A DNA stretch of 64,000 nt. Source: an uncultured bacterium. Lineage in GTDB: Bacteria > Desulfobacterota_D > UBA1144 > Nemesobacterales > UBA2774. The position numbers were made by a program, and so were the translations under genes. A model generated the notes under the pieces. It did not search any database. It was not told the origin of the DNA and saw only the letters and a list, made by a program, of their open reading frames with translations. How positions within the stretch are numbered: the first letter of the stretch is position 1; every line of letters begins with the position of its first letter. Below, one piece after another: positions 1-9,794 of this stretch. Where the stretch lies: contig CAVPJU010000010.1 in NCBI GenBank assembly GCA_963705505.1, positions 448,001 through 512,000 of the forward strand, in the 5' to 3' direction.

Positions 1-414
1 CACCCATTTGAAGCGCCAGCCCATGCGCTTCTTGAACGCCTGCAGCTCCGTGAGCGGCGCTCTCGATACGACGACCATGGAGACATCACGTGCGTTCAGA
101 TGCACGGTCATTCCGTCGAAGTGGTCGGCCACGAACGAGCAGCTTTTGCAACCCTCTTCCCATCCTGGGCCGAACATGAAGTGGTACACGATCAGCTGAC
201 GCTTGCCCTCGAATAGATCGGCGAGGGTCTCTTTTCCCTCGGGTCCGTCGAAGATATACGGCTTTTCGACCTTGACCCAGGGCAGCTCACGGCGTTGGGC
301 GCTCAACTTGTCGCGCAGCCGCGTGAACTGTTTCTCCTTCTTCAGGAGCTCCTTACGAGCCGCTAGCCATTCTTCCGAGGAAACGATTATATGCTCCGGT
401 GTACGGTTTTTCAT
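1..414 (-). CDS. DUF899 thioredoxin-like protein (runs off the window start; missing from the ORF track)
   Basis: Manual translation MKNRTPEHIIVSSEEWLAARKELLKKEKQFTRLRDKLSAQRRELPWV...QLIVYHFMF...GCKSCSFVADH, which is typical DUF899. GGAGG SD upstream of the ATG at 414. Confidence 0.9.
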   Translation of the reverse strand, partial: MKNRTPEHIIVSSEEWLAARKELLKKEKQFTRLRDKLSAQRRELPWVKVEKPYIFDGPEGKETLADLFEGKRQLIVYHFMFGPGWEEGCKSCSFVADHFDGMTVHLNARDVSMVVVSRAPLTELQAFKKRMGWRFKWV

Positions 415-469
415 TGTTTATTACCTCCTCATCACTATGATTTTATTTCGTTTTATTAATACAATCTCT

Positions 470-889
470 TCACGCAAATATTTTCTCAAGATTGTTAAGA
501 CAGACCGTCCATCCCTTCCTGTGGCTCTTGCGCGCCTCGTCTGTCGGTAAAAATTCATGCTCGAGCGTTATTTCGGTCCCGTCCGCAATTTTACGGAAAT
601 GAATTGTGACGACCGTATCCTGCACGAAAGCCGAGTTCCAGGTAAAGACAAGTTTTTCGGGCGGCGCAATAATCTTATATTCACCCGTGTGCTTATATTC
701 TTTACCATCAGTCGCAATCATATTTAAGAAATATTTACCTCCGATCTCCAATGTATTGGATACTTCGACAGACCAGTCCTCTACCCCGAAGAACCATTCC
801 GCCATGATCTCAGGATTAGTAAACGCCTCGAACACCTCTTCGGGAGCCGCTTTTATAACCTTCGTAACTACTACCTTGCTTTCGCTCAT
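470..889 (-). CDS. SRPBCC/AHSA1 (START-like) domain protein
   Basis: IKAAPEEVFEAFTNPE..W, GEY...PPEKLVFTW, H..GW..CL.NL; overlaps the ArsR stop codon. Confidence 0.9.
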   Translation of the reverse strand: MSESKVVVTKVIKAAPEEVFEAFTNPEIMAEWFFGVEDWSVEVSNTLEIGGKYFLNMIATDGKEYKHTGEYKIIAPPEKLVFTWNSAFVQDTVVTIHFRKIADGTEITLEHEFLPTDEARKSHRKGWTVCLNNLEKIFA

Positions 890-1236
890 TTCACACGCTC
901 CTTTGTTTTTTTCCGTCCTTCGAAATATTTATCCAGAGCATCGAGCCTCTCTCCCCAAAAACGGCCGTATTCCTTTATCAAGTCCGAGACACGATCGAGC
1001 GGTTCTATATTGGCGCGGCAGTGTTTTATACGGCCCTCTTTTTCCTGAACGACGAGTCCCGATCTGACAAGCACCTGAATGTGCTTGGATACGGCCTGAA
1101 GAGACATGTCGTATTTTGCCGCAAGCTCGTTCACGGTCAGGTCTTTTTTGGCGAGCTGCATTACGATGCCCCTCCGCGTGGAGTTCGCAAGAGCATGAAG
1201 GATCGAATCCAAATTGTCACTCTGATATTCAACCAT
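886..1236 (-). CDS. ArsR/SmtB family transcriptional regulator
   Basis: HALANSTRRGI..L...TVNELA...MSLQAVSKHIQVL..SGLV...EGR. Start moved to the ATG at 1236 because a consensus promoter lies inside the longer ORF. Confidence 0.9.
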   Translation of the reverse strand: MVEYQSDNLDSILHALANSTRRGIVMQLAKKDLTVNELAAKYDMSLQAVSKHIQVLVRSGLVVQEKEGRIKHCRANIEPLDRVSDLIKEYGRFWGERLDALDKYFEGRKKTKERVK

Positions 1237-1283
1237 ATAGTTGATTATAACAAATAACCACAAATTGTCAACTGGTCGGTTGA
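1229..1283 (-). promoter_or_regulatory. sigma70 promoter with two TCAAC-N6-GTTGA operator palindromes
   Basis: Minus strand TTGACA (1266-1271), 16 bp, TATAAT (1244-1249), 7 nt, then ATG. Palindromes at 1229-1244 and 1268-1283. Confidence 0.85.
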
Positions 1284-1484
1284 ATATAAGCACATTAAGG
1301 GGAATTTTTGATATTCCGATAATTGGCGATTCCTGCTCTTTATGAGGCTGTTAACTTATGTATAATTCCTCAAGAATATCCGCGCGGGACGCACCGGATA
1401 TAAATCGTGGATTATAGCGGGATTCCTTCAGCAATTATGACTGTCGGGAAAGCCAAGCCCTCAGAGCGCCTGTAATCGGATATA

Positions 1485-2339
1485 ATGAATCTTTTAAGAG
1501 ACCGCAAATCGAGACTCCTGATTTTGACCCTGGCCCTATTTACCGCGCTCCACACAGGCAGCGGGCGGGCCGCAGAATCGGCAGAATCCGCTGCGATCAC
1601 CGAATCTATCGGGACATACACGGCAGGATGTATCAGGAACTCAGCGGCGATCCCGCTTAACGGCGAGGGTTTTCAGGTCATAAGGCTCTGGAGGGAAAGA
1701 TACTACGCTAACCCGGAGATGATTAACTATATCATTTGGCTCGGAAAGATGGTGAAGGAACAGCTGAATGCGATAGTTCTGATAGGGGACGTCGCACAAA
1801 GGACCGGCGGGCCGATGTATGACGAGCATGGCAGTCACCAGATCGGACTCGACGCCGATATACTTTACTGGCAGCACCCGATAGCGATAAAGAGAGAGCT
1901 TACGACTATAGAGAGGGCGCATATCTTCCCGCAGTCCGTTCTGAACGAGGATGAAACCGGCATAGACGAGTTCAAATGGAACGTCAAGATCGGGGAAATA
2001 ATAAAAATCGCTGCTTCTGATAAAATGGTGGACCGGATATTCGTAAATCCATTCATCAAGAAGAGACTCTGCAAAACTTATCCCGACGAGACCTGGCTTG
2101 CTAAAGTACGCCCCTGGTACGGCCATGACGGGCATTTCCATGTCCGCCTGAAATGCCCTCCCGAAAGCCTCTTATGCCAACCCCAGGAGCCGATAAACAT
2201 GTTCGACGACGGATGCGGGAGTGAGCTTGACGGCTGGTTCAGGGCCGACGGGAGGATAAAATCACAGCCGAGCACAGGGAAAACTCCTCATCCGAAGCTT
2301 CCGGACGAATGCATCCCCATACTCAACGGGCTCTATTAA
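1485..2339 (+). CDS. mepA: Penicillin-insensitive murein endopeptidase
   Basis: Signal peptide; IGTYTAGCI, IGD..Q..GG, HGSHQIGLDAD, RIFVNP.IK, VRPWYGHDGHFHVRLKCP. Confidence 0.92.
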   Translation: MNLLRDRKSRLLILTLALFTALHTGSGRAAESAESAAITESIGTYTAGCIRNSAAIPLNGEGFQVIRLWRERYYANPEMINYIIWLGKMVKEQLNAIVLIGDVAQRTGGPMYDEHGSHQIGLDADILYWQHPIAIKRELTTIERAHIFPQSVLNEDETGIDEFKWNVKIGEIIKIAASDKMVDRIFVNPFIKKRLCKTYPDETWLAKVRPWYGHDGHFHVRLKCPPESLLCQPQEPINMFDDGCGSELDGWFRADGRIKSQPSTGKTPHPKLPDECIPILNGLY

Positions 2340-2407
2340 CCATGACTATAAGGATTTAATAAAGTCGGTTAAGACTCCGGCAATACGCTCTGTAATACAC
2401 TGCTGCT

Positions 2408-2423
2408 CGGGTTTATAAACCCG
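2408..2423. terminator. Perfect palindrome between convergent mepA and VanZ genes; possible terminator or processing hairpin
   Basis: CGGGTTTATAAACCCG; no clear U-tract. Confidence 0.35.
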
Positions 2424-2431
2424 GGACGATT

Positions 2432-2779
2432 TTACTCGCGGGCGGCGAGCCCCTTAAAAAATAACGGAAACGACCAGCACAGGAGAAAGCTCAGCGCGAG
2501 TCCCGCCGTGTTAGCCATGGCGTCATAAACCGATGAATCTCTTCCGGGTATGTATAGCTGGAAAAACTCTAGTGCTATTCCCAGGAGGAACATAAATATA
2601 AAAAGGATAACTCTTTTATTCAGGGTCTCTACAGATATGTACGCCAGAACCCCCATAACGCAGTATGCGGCTGTGTGGGCAACCTTGTCCAGATAGCTCA
2701 CTCCCCCCGCGGCGGATACGGGGATCACACTGAGAAATATCACCATCAGCATATAAGATATGTATATGACCTGGAGCAT
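2432..2779 (-). CDS. VanZ-like membrane protein
   Basis: DKVAH..AY, E..Q..IPGR..S..D..AN..G. Confidence 0.88.
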   Translation of the reverse strand: MLQVIYISYMLMVIFLSVIPVSAAGGVSYLDKVAHTAAYCVMGVLAYISVETLNKRVILFIFMFLLGIALEFFQLYIPGRDSSVYDAMANTAGLALSFLLCWSFPLFFKGLAARE

Positions 2780-3266
2780 GGATAGCCGATTAACCTAACT
2801 GAGAGGCCGTTATTATACACGACGTATTTCGTGGGCTCGTCATCTTCTCCGGATATTACCTTAGTTCTTCGAGTTTAACCCGACCGAGTCTTTCCCGCGG
2901 CAATTAACGACGGCCCGGCATTCCTTCCCCTCCGATTAAATACCGCCGTCCGGGAATCGAGAGAAACATTTTTATGAGTATGCTGCAGTTCGATCATTTT
3001 TATCAAGTGTCCTCAGCGTGCTTCGGCAGATTTTTATCAACATACCTGATAAGATTGCCATTTTCCTCAAACATGACATCAGATTAATGAACGCAAGTTC
3101 AAAAACTGCTTTAGGAATCAACGGGGCCAGTTCACTTACGGAATTCCCAAGCCAGGACTCGCAGGTGAAATATAATAAAACGCTCTAGCGAGGAAGGCCG
3201 AAAAGATATTTTGCCTTCGTAACCCTCAGTAAAAATACAAGTTTCTCCATTTATTTAAAGGAATAC

Positions 3267-3372
3267 TTGAAGAATAACAAATAACTTGCTATAATGAAAG
3301 CGAAACCAGATGAGGCTTGGTTTGAACACCCTCTTCCAATCCCACCAAAATTCAAACCAAGCCTTTCTTTTG
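3267..3372 (+). ncRNA. Candidate small RNA: consensus promoter, 14-bp hairpin, U-tract
   Basis: TTGAAG (3267), 17 bp, TATAAT (3290) with extended -10 TG; AGGCTTGGTTTGAA/TTCAAACCAAGCCT inverted repeat (3313-3364) followed by TTCTTTT; no downstream ORF. Confidence 0.45.
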
Positions 3373-3540
3373 TCCGTTCAAAAAAAATTGAGCAATCGGT
3401 CAATTGCCCCCTCTTTACTCTTAGCTTTACCGGACGTAATTCTATAGGCGGCAGAAGCGGATGAGCAAAAACCTTTTCTTTTTCTATCACAATTAAAGTA
3501 TCGATGCCGAGGGACGACTGAGCTGAATTAACAATATTTA

Positions 3541-4494
3541 TTAAAAAAGATGAAGGAGCGAATACGCGCGGTTCTTTACCGATCTTATCAATTCAGATCT
3601 CGAAAGGGCATAGAACCGGGACTCCACGAATATATCCGCAAGGGCAGACCAGGATATCTCCGGCATTGCGCATAGGTAAACAGGCGTCCAATCGGGACGA
3701 AACTTATTTTTGAATCTAAAAAGATTCTTATAATTGTATGCATACTTAAGAATATGCCCGGTACCGAAAAGCAATTTTTCTTTCATGCGCTGTTCGGAAG
3801 AGCAAGAGACGGATGCCGCACCGGCGCCGGATACGAACGGCACCTCGCCCATACTGAATTTTTTGAAACCCTCTTCCCTGAGAATATCCATTATCCCGAC
3901 GAATAGCGCCTCCATGACCCCGGACGGAGCTTCTTTGTCCCTCAATATCATCTCGGTATGGGCGCTGAAATCAGAAGATGTCGAGACAGTGACTACCCCG
4001 AGCCATCTGTCCTCCCGCGTACGGTACACGAAGCACCTCGTCAGAGGATCGAATCCTGTATAAAAGAGGTAACGCAATTGAGGCTTCGAGCCGTGGGCGG
4101 AAAAGGACTTAAAACGAGAGACCCTTTTTTCGTACGATTCGGAAAACGGTATTTCCTCCACCCTGCCCCACCTCATGCCCCTCTTCGCAAGCCCTCTTAC
4201 CGAAGAAAGCGTTTCCCGAAGATTCGTTAAATTTATCAGAGCATCGGCTCCGGTCCTGACCGCTACGAACCCCTTGCGCACGAGGAACTCCGCAATTTCA
4301 CTGCTGCATCCCCGAATAATTATATCCATGCCGAACCTCTCCGTCAGCTCGGCATGGACATCTTCGAACGCGAAATTATTCGGTATCTCGGCTGAATGGA
4401 CCCACCTGAGTCCTGAAAGTGGGAGTCTTACAGTCTCGAATCTGGGGTGTGTAATATCGCTCCTGAGCCAGCTGAGTGGTATCGTCTCTATCAA
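3541..4494 (-). CDS. Stand-alone phosphatidylglycerol lysyltransferase (LPG synthase C-terminal/DUF2156) domain protein
   Basis: EMILRD.EAPSGVMEALF...FSMGEVP; YNYKNLFRFKNKFRPDW.PVY; no TM flippase domain. Confidence 0.75.
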   Translation of the reverse strand: MIETIPLSWLRSDITHPRFETVRLPLSGLRWVHSAEIPNNFAFEDVHAELTERFGMDIIIRGCSSEIAEFLVRKGFVAVRTGADALINLTNLRETLSSVRGLAKRGMRWGRVEEIPFSESYEKRVSRFKSFSAHGSKPQLRYLFYTGFDPLTRCFVYRTREDRWLGVVTVSTSSDFSAHTEMILRDKEAPSGVMEALFVGIMDILREEGFKKFSMGEVPFVSGAGAASVSCSSEQRMKEKLLFGTGHILKYAYNYKNLFRFKNKFRPDWTPVYLCAMPEISWSALADIFVESRFYALSRSELIRSVKNRAYSLLHLF

Positions 4495-4703
4495 TGTATC
4501 GCCGCCGCAAAAAATATATAAAATCTTACATTATAAGATTAAGCATATAAACCCTGAATCGAAGCATATCATCATATATCGGACATACGCACTAGTAGTA
4601 TAGGGTCCCGGAATTTCGTCATTGGATTATTAAATCGATGCTATATAATTGATATATCGGCCATGAGAATAAGCCGTGGATTGATAACACTGGAGGAATC
4701 AGG

Positions 4704-5249
4704 ATGATAAATAAGTCTATAACATTTTCACTTGCCGTGCCGGCACTAATCGTATTGACCATGCTCGTAAGCAGTCTCGAGAGCGACACATCTCTTGCTG
4801 GAGATACTTATGACAACCCCTACGCATACTGCAAATCAGTGGGGACCATAGATTCACCCGGGGCTGCATATACGGGGCCCGCAGTCCCCGAATCTATCGC
4901 AAAGGCGCTCAAAAAGGCGTGGGGCTCGCCCGAATCAGCACCGCTCGACACATTCATAAGGGGAACATACTGGCGCTGTATGGACGGTAAAGTCTATGCC
5001 TGCAACGTAGGGGCGAACATACCGTGCGAGGAAAAGGCGGACGTGAGCAAGGAACCGACACAAGGAATGAAAGATTACTGCAAGGAGAATCCCGGCTCCG
5101 ATTTTATACCCATGTATGTAACCGGCCACTCCACCATTTATGAATGGATGTGCGACGGCACCACTCCCGTTGCTGGAAAACAGTTCGGAGAAGTCGATAA
5201 GCAGGGGTATCAGAAGGGAATGTGGTACGAGATCAGCCCGGCTGAATAA
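4704..5249 (+). CDS. Secreted cysteine-containing hypothetical protein
   Basis: GGAGG SD, signal peptide, 6 Cys (YAYC, WRCMDGKVYAC, NIPC, YC, WMC). Confidence 0.8.
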   Translation: MINKSITFSLAVPALIVLTMLVSSLESDTSLAGDTYDNPYAYCKSVGTIDSPGAAYTGPAVPESIAKALKKAWGSPESAPLDTFIRGTYWRCMDGKVYACNVGANIPCEEKADVSKEPTQGMKDYCKENPGSDFIPMYVTGHSTIYEWMCDGTTPVAGKQFGEVDKQGYQKGMWYEISPAE

Positions 5250-5307
5250 GTCCGGAAATATTACACTTCGGATAACTCCCGATTATCGGGGGCTCAGGCC
5301 CGAAGCC

Positions 5308-6402
5308 TCAGCGCCTGCCGCCCGATATGAATACTTCTTCTTTCGGGAATTGCTTAATGACTTTCTCCGGCACCCCAAAAACGATCGAAGCGACATCGGG
5401 GGGCGTATCGGCTATCCACTCCGATATGCTTATCTCCTGATAGACACCGTTATCGAATACGAGTAAAATCTCGGCCTCGTCCGCACCCGTGTTCTCGATA
5501 TAATGTCCGCACCCCATGGGAATATAAAATACCTGACCGGGTCCGATCACCTTAGTGAGCGAGCCCGCGTCCGCTGCGAACAGCGTGACCCTTATCTTGC
5601 CATTTAATAAATATCCCCATTCGTTTGAATTCGGATGCCAGTGCATTTCCCTGAGCGCGCCCGGCTTGAGACTCATCAACGCCCCCGCCATCTTATCCGA
5701 GACCGGGAAGTTGTCCACGGTGGCCATCTTGACCGTCCCGCCCGGATAAGCCTTCCCTTCCTGCGCCTTGAGAGGGAACTTGTGGCTTAGCCTGGCTGTA
5801 TTCTGCGCCCCCGTGCGCCCCAGGGACTTTTGCGACGGTGGTTTTCCGAAAGCCATGTACACCTCTTTCTTCGGGAACCTGCCGAAGGTCTTTTTCGGAA
5901 GGCCGAAATTTTTAGCCAGCACGTCTTTGGGAGTCTGCGCGATCCACTCGGTAACGCTGAACGTACTGAACTCGTTGAAAGCGCCGTTATTGAAAGTAAG
6001 GATGAAATGGCATTCGCCCTTTCCGATGCTTTCAATATAATGAGCGTGCCCCTGCGGCACAAAGAATATATCTCCGGGACCGTATTCCTCAGTGTCCCAC
6101 TGTCCCTCGGGATTGACGACCGTCACCCTCGCATTACCCGCAACGAAATAACCCCACTCTGCCGCTATCGCGTGCCAGTGAAGCTCTCTGATGCCGCCCG
6201 GTTTCAGGCGCATGGAAACGCCCGCAATTCCCTTCGATATGGGGAGCTCCCTAACGGAGACCTCTTTCGAGCTTCCGCCCTTCCAGACCGCGGGCTTTTG
6301 TCCCTCGAGGTCGTATTTGAACTGCAGCTGATTTTCTTTAGAGGATTTCTTATCCGGGTTACCGTTAATCTTCTTAGACTTTGCCTTTGCCGACTTTGCC
6401 AT
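5308..6402 (-). CDS. oxdC: Oxalate decarboxylase-family bicupin
   Basis: Two cupin Mn sites (RELHWH..AAEW and REMHWHPNSNEW); lid GAFNEFSTF keeps the Glu of the OxdC SENST loop. Confidence 0.82.
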   Translation of the reverse strand: MAKSAKAKSKKINGNPDKKSSKENQLQFKYDLEGQKPAVWKGGSSKEVSVRELPISKGIAGVSMRLKPGGIRELHWHAIAAEWGYFVAGNARVTVVNPEGQWDTEEYGPGDIFFVPQGHAHYIESIGKGECHFILTFNNGAFNEFSTFSVTEWIAQTPKDVLAKNFGLPKKTFGRFPKKEVYMAFGKPPSQKSLGRTGAQNTARLSHKFPLKAQEGKAYPGGTVKMATVDNFPVSDKMAGALMSLKPGALREMHWHPNSNEWGYLLNGKIRVTLFAADAGSLTKVIGPGQVFYIPMGCGHYIENTGADEAEILLVFDNGVYQEISISEWIADTPPDVASIVFGVPEKVIKQFPKEEVFISGGRR

Positions 6403-6594
6403 TATTTACGACCTCCGGGTTTGAGAATAGCTTTATACCGCAAATTATATTATCAATTGAGAGAATTGGACATGAGGTTTGAACAATTGCCTGCCGGACT
6501 GAGCTCCCGAATGGGAAGAATCGCACTGAAGCAGAATACGGTATAATACGGCCGTATCCGGCTGCATAACGTAATACGAGATTTCTAAGCGATC

Positions 6595-7438
6595 ATGGAT
6601 GAGAAAATCACGGAACAATCTATAATTGCGCATTTGCCTCAGGCATGGAAGCCTCGCCACCGTGACGACCTGGTAAGGCTCGGATCGAGGGCTGACGGCG
6701 GATACGTCGTAACGGAAAGCGCCATTCGGAATACCGATCTACTCATCGGCCTTGGTGTCGCGGACAATTGGACTTTCGAAAAGGACTTTCACCAAAGGTC
6801 GGGGGGCGAAGTACATTGCTACGATCATACAGTGGGTATCCGCTCACTTCCTGAAATCGGCTGTTCAACATTTAAAAACCGTTTTCCGGAAACCGGGCGC
6901 GATAAGCATTCATCAATTAATCTTACCGCTGAAATATAAAAGATTTTTTTCCGGCAAAAAGAAGCATTTCATGGAAAAAGTCGGAAATGACCCCGAGAAC
7001 AGCTCGGATTTCAGGAAAATATTCTCGAGGGTGCCGGAGGGAGTCCGGGTATATATAAAAATGGATATCGAAGGCGGGGAATACAGGGTACTTTCCGGAC
7101 TTAAAGAGTACTACGGGAGAATAACCGGGCTTGTAATAGAATTCCATTTTATGATTTTTATGTACGATGTCATCTATAACCGTATAAGCGAACTCAAACG
7201 ATACTTTAATATCGTGCACATACATGCTAACAACCTCGGCGGGATCGACAGGCGCGGAATGCCTATGACTATCGAGGTGACCTTCGAAAATAAGCGTCTC
7301 TTCTCAGGCCGAAATATGGAATCGGAGAGGGAATACCCGGTAGAGAGTCTCGATTACGCAAACTATATAGGCTTTAGGGATTACAAGCTTGAATTCGGGG
7401 ACTCAACCTTTCAGGCCGTCTTCAATATCTCGGGCTAA
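6595..7438 (+). CDS. FkbM-like (Methyltransf_22) SAM methyltransferase, one frameshift near 6847
   Basis: LVRLGSRADGGY, GLGVADNWTFE in frame 1; KMDIEGGEY, VIEFH, HIHANN in frame 2. Removing one C joins the frames. Confidence 0.75.
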
Positions 7439-7534
7439 TGAACGGCGATACGATAAGGCGCTCTTACTTCCCGGCTCACTCGTCGATATCGCATGCGTCG
7501 ATCAGAGCACAGGTGTTTTTGATTAGACGCCCGT

Positions 7535-7948
7535 TTATATATGCTTTCTCATAATCAGACAATTTTTTCCGCCGGCCCTCTTATATTCAAGCTCGTTCAT
7601 ATAGGTCTTGACCAGATAGATGCCGAGCCCGCCTATGGGTCTTTCGTCTATCGGGCATTTGAGATCGGGAGTCTTGAATTCGAGCGGATTAAACGGTTTC
7701 CCGTCGTCCTCGACCACCACTTCGATGACTCCCGTTCCCGACCTTACTTTGACCACTATGAGATGCTCGTTCTGGTCGTCGTAGCCGTATGTAATTACGT
7801 TGGTTACGATCTCGTCGAGAGAGAGGGTAAGCGCGAAAACCACATTCGAGGGCAATTCCCTGAATTCACAGTATTGCCTGAGTGTGTTTTTAAGGTGGGA
7901 TAATTCGCTGTACCGGTTTCTGAGCTGAATCGAGAGATCGGAATTCAT
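7535..7948 (-). CDS. rsbW: RsbW-like anti-sigma factor Ser/Thr kinase
   Basis: LDEIVTNVITYGY, EDDGKPFNPL, GGLGIYLV. Confidence 0.88.
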   Translation of the reverse strand: MNSDLSIQLRNRYSELSHLKNTLRQYCEFRELPSNVVFALTLSLDEIVTNVITYGYDDQNEHLIVVKVRSGTGVIEVVVEDDGKPFNPLEFKTPDLKCPIDERPIGGLGIYLVKTYMNELEYKRAGGKNCLIMRKHI

Positions 7949-9153
7949 GACTTATTATATCTGATCGCGAGAACCGCCATGTCGTCGGCCAAATGGACCC
8001 CGCGCGAGAACTCCTGGACATCCCTTAACACCTTACCGACCGTGTCCCTCGGATTTTCGAAGCCGTCCGCGGTAAGCAAATCCCTGAGCCTCTTGTCCGT
8101 AAAAAGACTTTTATCCCCGTTAACCGCTTCCGTCAGGCCGTCGCTGTATAAGAATATACCGTCCCCCGGCTCGAGTCTCACGCTCTTTAGTCCGTAGAGC
8201 GAATCGCCTTCTATAACCCCGAGCGCTATGCCTTCGGTGTTTTCGAGCAGTTCCGCTCCGCTTCCGTGACGTATGATAAAAGGGAGATTGTGCCCCCCGT
8301 TGCTATATACTATCTCACCCGTCCTCGTATCCAGGACACCCGTGAAGACGGTGATAAACATCGAGAATTCGTTCTCCATGCAGAGTATCTTGTTCGCTTC
8401 CGCAAGGCACCTGTCGGGGGGGAGACCCTTCACCGCGTCCGCCTTGATCATAGTCCTCGTGACCGCCATGAATAGCGCTCCAGGCACACCTTTTCCGGAA
8501 GCGTCCCCTATAGCGAAATAGAGCCTGTCGTCGTCGATCATGCAGAAGTCGTAGAAGTCGCCGCCCACTTCGCGCGCCGTGATTATTTCACCGAAAATCT
8601 CGAATTCGCCCCTTTCGGGGAACGCGGGGAAGATACCGGGGATCATAGAGAGCTGAATCCTCCGGGCGACTTCGAGCTCCTGACGTATCTCGGTGAGGCG
8701 CTCCCTGTCCTTCATCGCCTGTTTAAGAGCGAGGGCCTCTTCTATAGTTTTTGTTATCGTTATGCCCAGATCGTCGAAATCTATCGGCTTCGTGAGGAAG
8801 TCGAAAGCCCCCAGGTTAAGCGCCCGTCTGATTGTCCTCATATCCCCGTATGAGGAGATGATCACGGACCGGATGAAGGGGTATTCGGTCTTCAACCTCG
8901 AGATGAGCGAAAGCCCGTCCATCCCCGGGAGCTTTATGTCCGTGAGAATGACATCGATCTCGTTCTCTTTCAGCTTATCGAGCGCCTCTTCTCCGCTGTG
9001 CGCGAATACGAAGCGGAATTCGTCGTTCCTTATCTGCCGCCTGAATTTCTGGGTTACGAGGAGCTCGAGGTCGGGCTCGTTGTCCACCACGAGAATAGTC
9101 GCCGGCTTCGTATCCGTTTCGGGTATCGGGTCCTCTAATATTTTATTTTCCAT
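7945..9153 (-). CDS. Response regulator with SpoIIE/PP2C phosphatase domain (RsbU-like)
   Basis: Receiver domain (ILTDIKLP, FLTKP); EVGGDFYD, IGDASGKG, LYSDGLTEA, DDMA. Confidence 0.92.
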   Translation of the reverse strand: MENKILEDPIPETDTKPATILVVDNEPDLELLVTQKFRRQIRNDEFRFVFAHSGEEALDKLKENEIDVILTDIKLPGMDGLSLISRLKTEYPFIRSVIISSYGDMRTIRRALNLGAFDFLTKPIDFDDLGITITKTIEEALALKQAMKDRERLTEIRQELEVARRIQLSMIPGIFPAFPERGEFEIFGEIITAREVGGDFYDFCMIDDDRLYFAIGDASGKGVPGALFMAVTRTMIKADAVKGLPPDRCLAEANKILCMENEFSMFITVFTGVLDTRTGEIVYSNGGHNLPFIIRHGSGAELLENTEGIALGVIEGDSLYGLKSVRLEPGDGIFLYSDGLTEAVNGDKSLFTDKRLRDLLTADGFENPRDTVGKVLRDVQEFSRGVHLADDMAVLAIRYNKS

Positions 9154-9272
9154 AATTCAACACCGGGTCCCAAATGTAAAAAAAACTGCTATATGCCCTT
9201 CTCATATTTCAAATGCTGTAAAGACTCTCTGTTTATTGATCCGGGGAACGGTTCTTCCGAGTATGTAAAAGC

Positions 9273-9620
9273 TCATGCGGCTGTCTTCAGGGTTTCAAGC
9301 GCCCTTTCGTAATCGTGCTCGATCGGCATAACTTTATCGAAACCTGCCGTCCTGAGGACGTCCTCGACGTCGGGATGAGGGTTGAGGAGCACCATCCGGG
9401 CACCGAATTTATTGAGAGCCTTGGCTGCTGTAACGAGCATCCTGAGACCGATAGAGGCGATGTAATCGACGTCCGATATATCCACGAGGGCAGGTTTTCT
9501 GCGGGTGACGATATGCCTCGTAAACTCGAGGTCGAGGTCCCCTATCCCTTCCAGATCGACCCTCCCCGAGAGCCTTACGTGCGTTAATTCCTCGTCTTCC
9601 CTTATAACCTTCATCTCCAT
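9273..9620 (-). CDS. STAS anti-anti-sigma factor (RsbV-like)
   Basis: LSGRVD, VDISDVDYIASIGLRML with the phospho-Ser position, L..AGF. Confidence 0.88.
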   Translation of the reverse strand: MEMKVIREDEELTHVRLSGRVDLEGIGDLDLEFTRHIVTRRKPALVDISDVDYIASIGLRMLVTAAKALNKFGARMVLLNPHPDVEDVLRTAGFDKVMPIEHDYERALETLKTAA

Positions 9621-9674
9621 GGAGCTATACCTCCGGATATATGAGAAAATTCATTGGGATTTATTTCATTGAAG

Positions 9675-9725
9675 TTTATAAACGGAAAGTATTTTCAAGT
9701 CAAAAAAGTTAACAGAAGCTTAACA
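9675..9725 (-). promoter_or_regulatory. sigma70 promoter with upstream OmpR-type direct repeat
   Basis: Minus strand TGTTAA-N5-TGTTAA (9709-9725), then TTGACT (9698-9703), 17 bp, TATAAA (9675-9680). Confidence 0.5.
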
Positions 9726-9794
9726 ATTTGCCGGATAGACGGCCGGAACGTTAATTAAAACCGGAAATTCGGACGTGTTTATGCGGGATACGTA

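Noticed and set aside
3190..3230. Hairpin GAAGGC..GCCTTC as a riboswitch
   Set aside because: It lacks the conserved nucleotides of the classes I can recognise, and no gene is suitably placed downstream.
2945..3440. Possible IS/MITE bounded by CGTCCGG inverted ends
   Set aside because: The match is only about 7-9 bp, with no target-site duplication and no transposase similarity that I could see.
3251..3490. 79-aa minus-strand ORF
   Set aside because: It has no SD or motif and runs across the promoter-hairpin unit; probably spurious.
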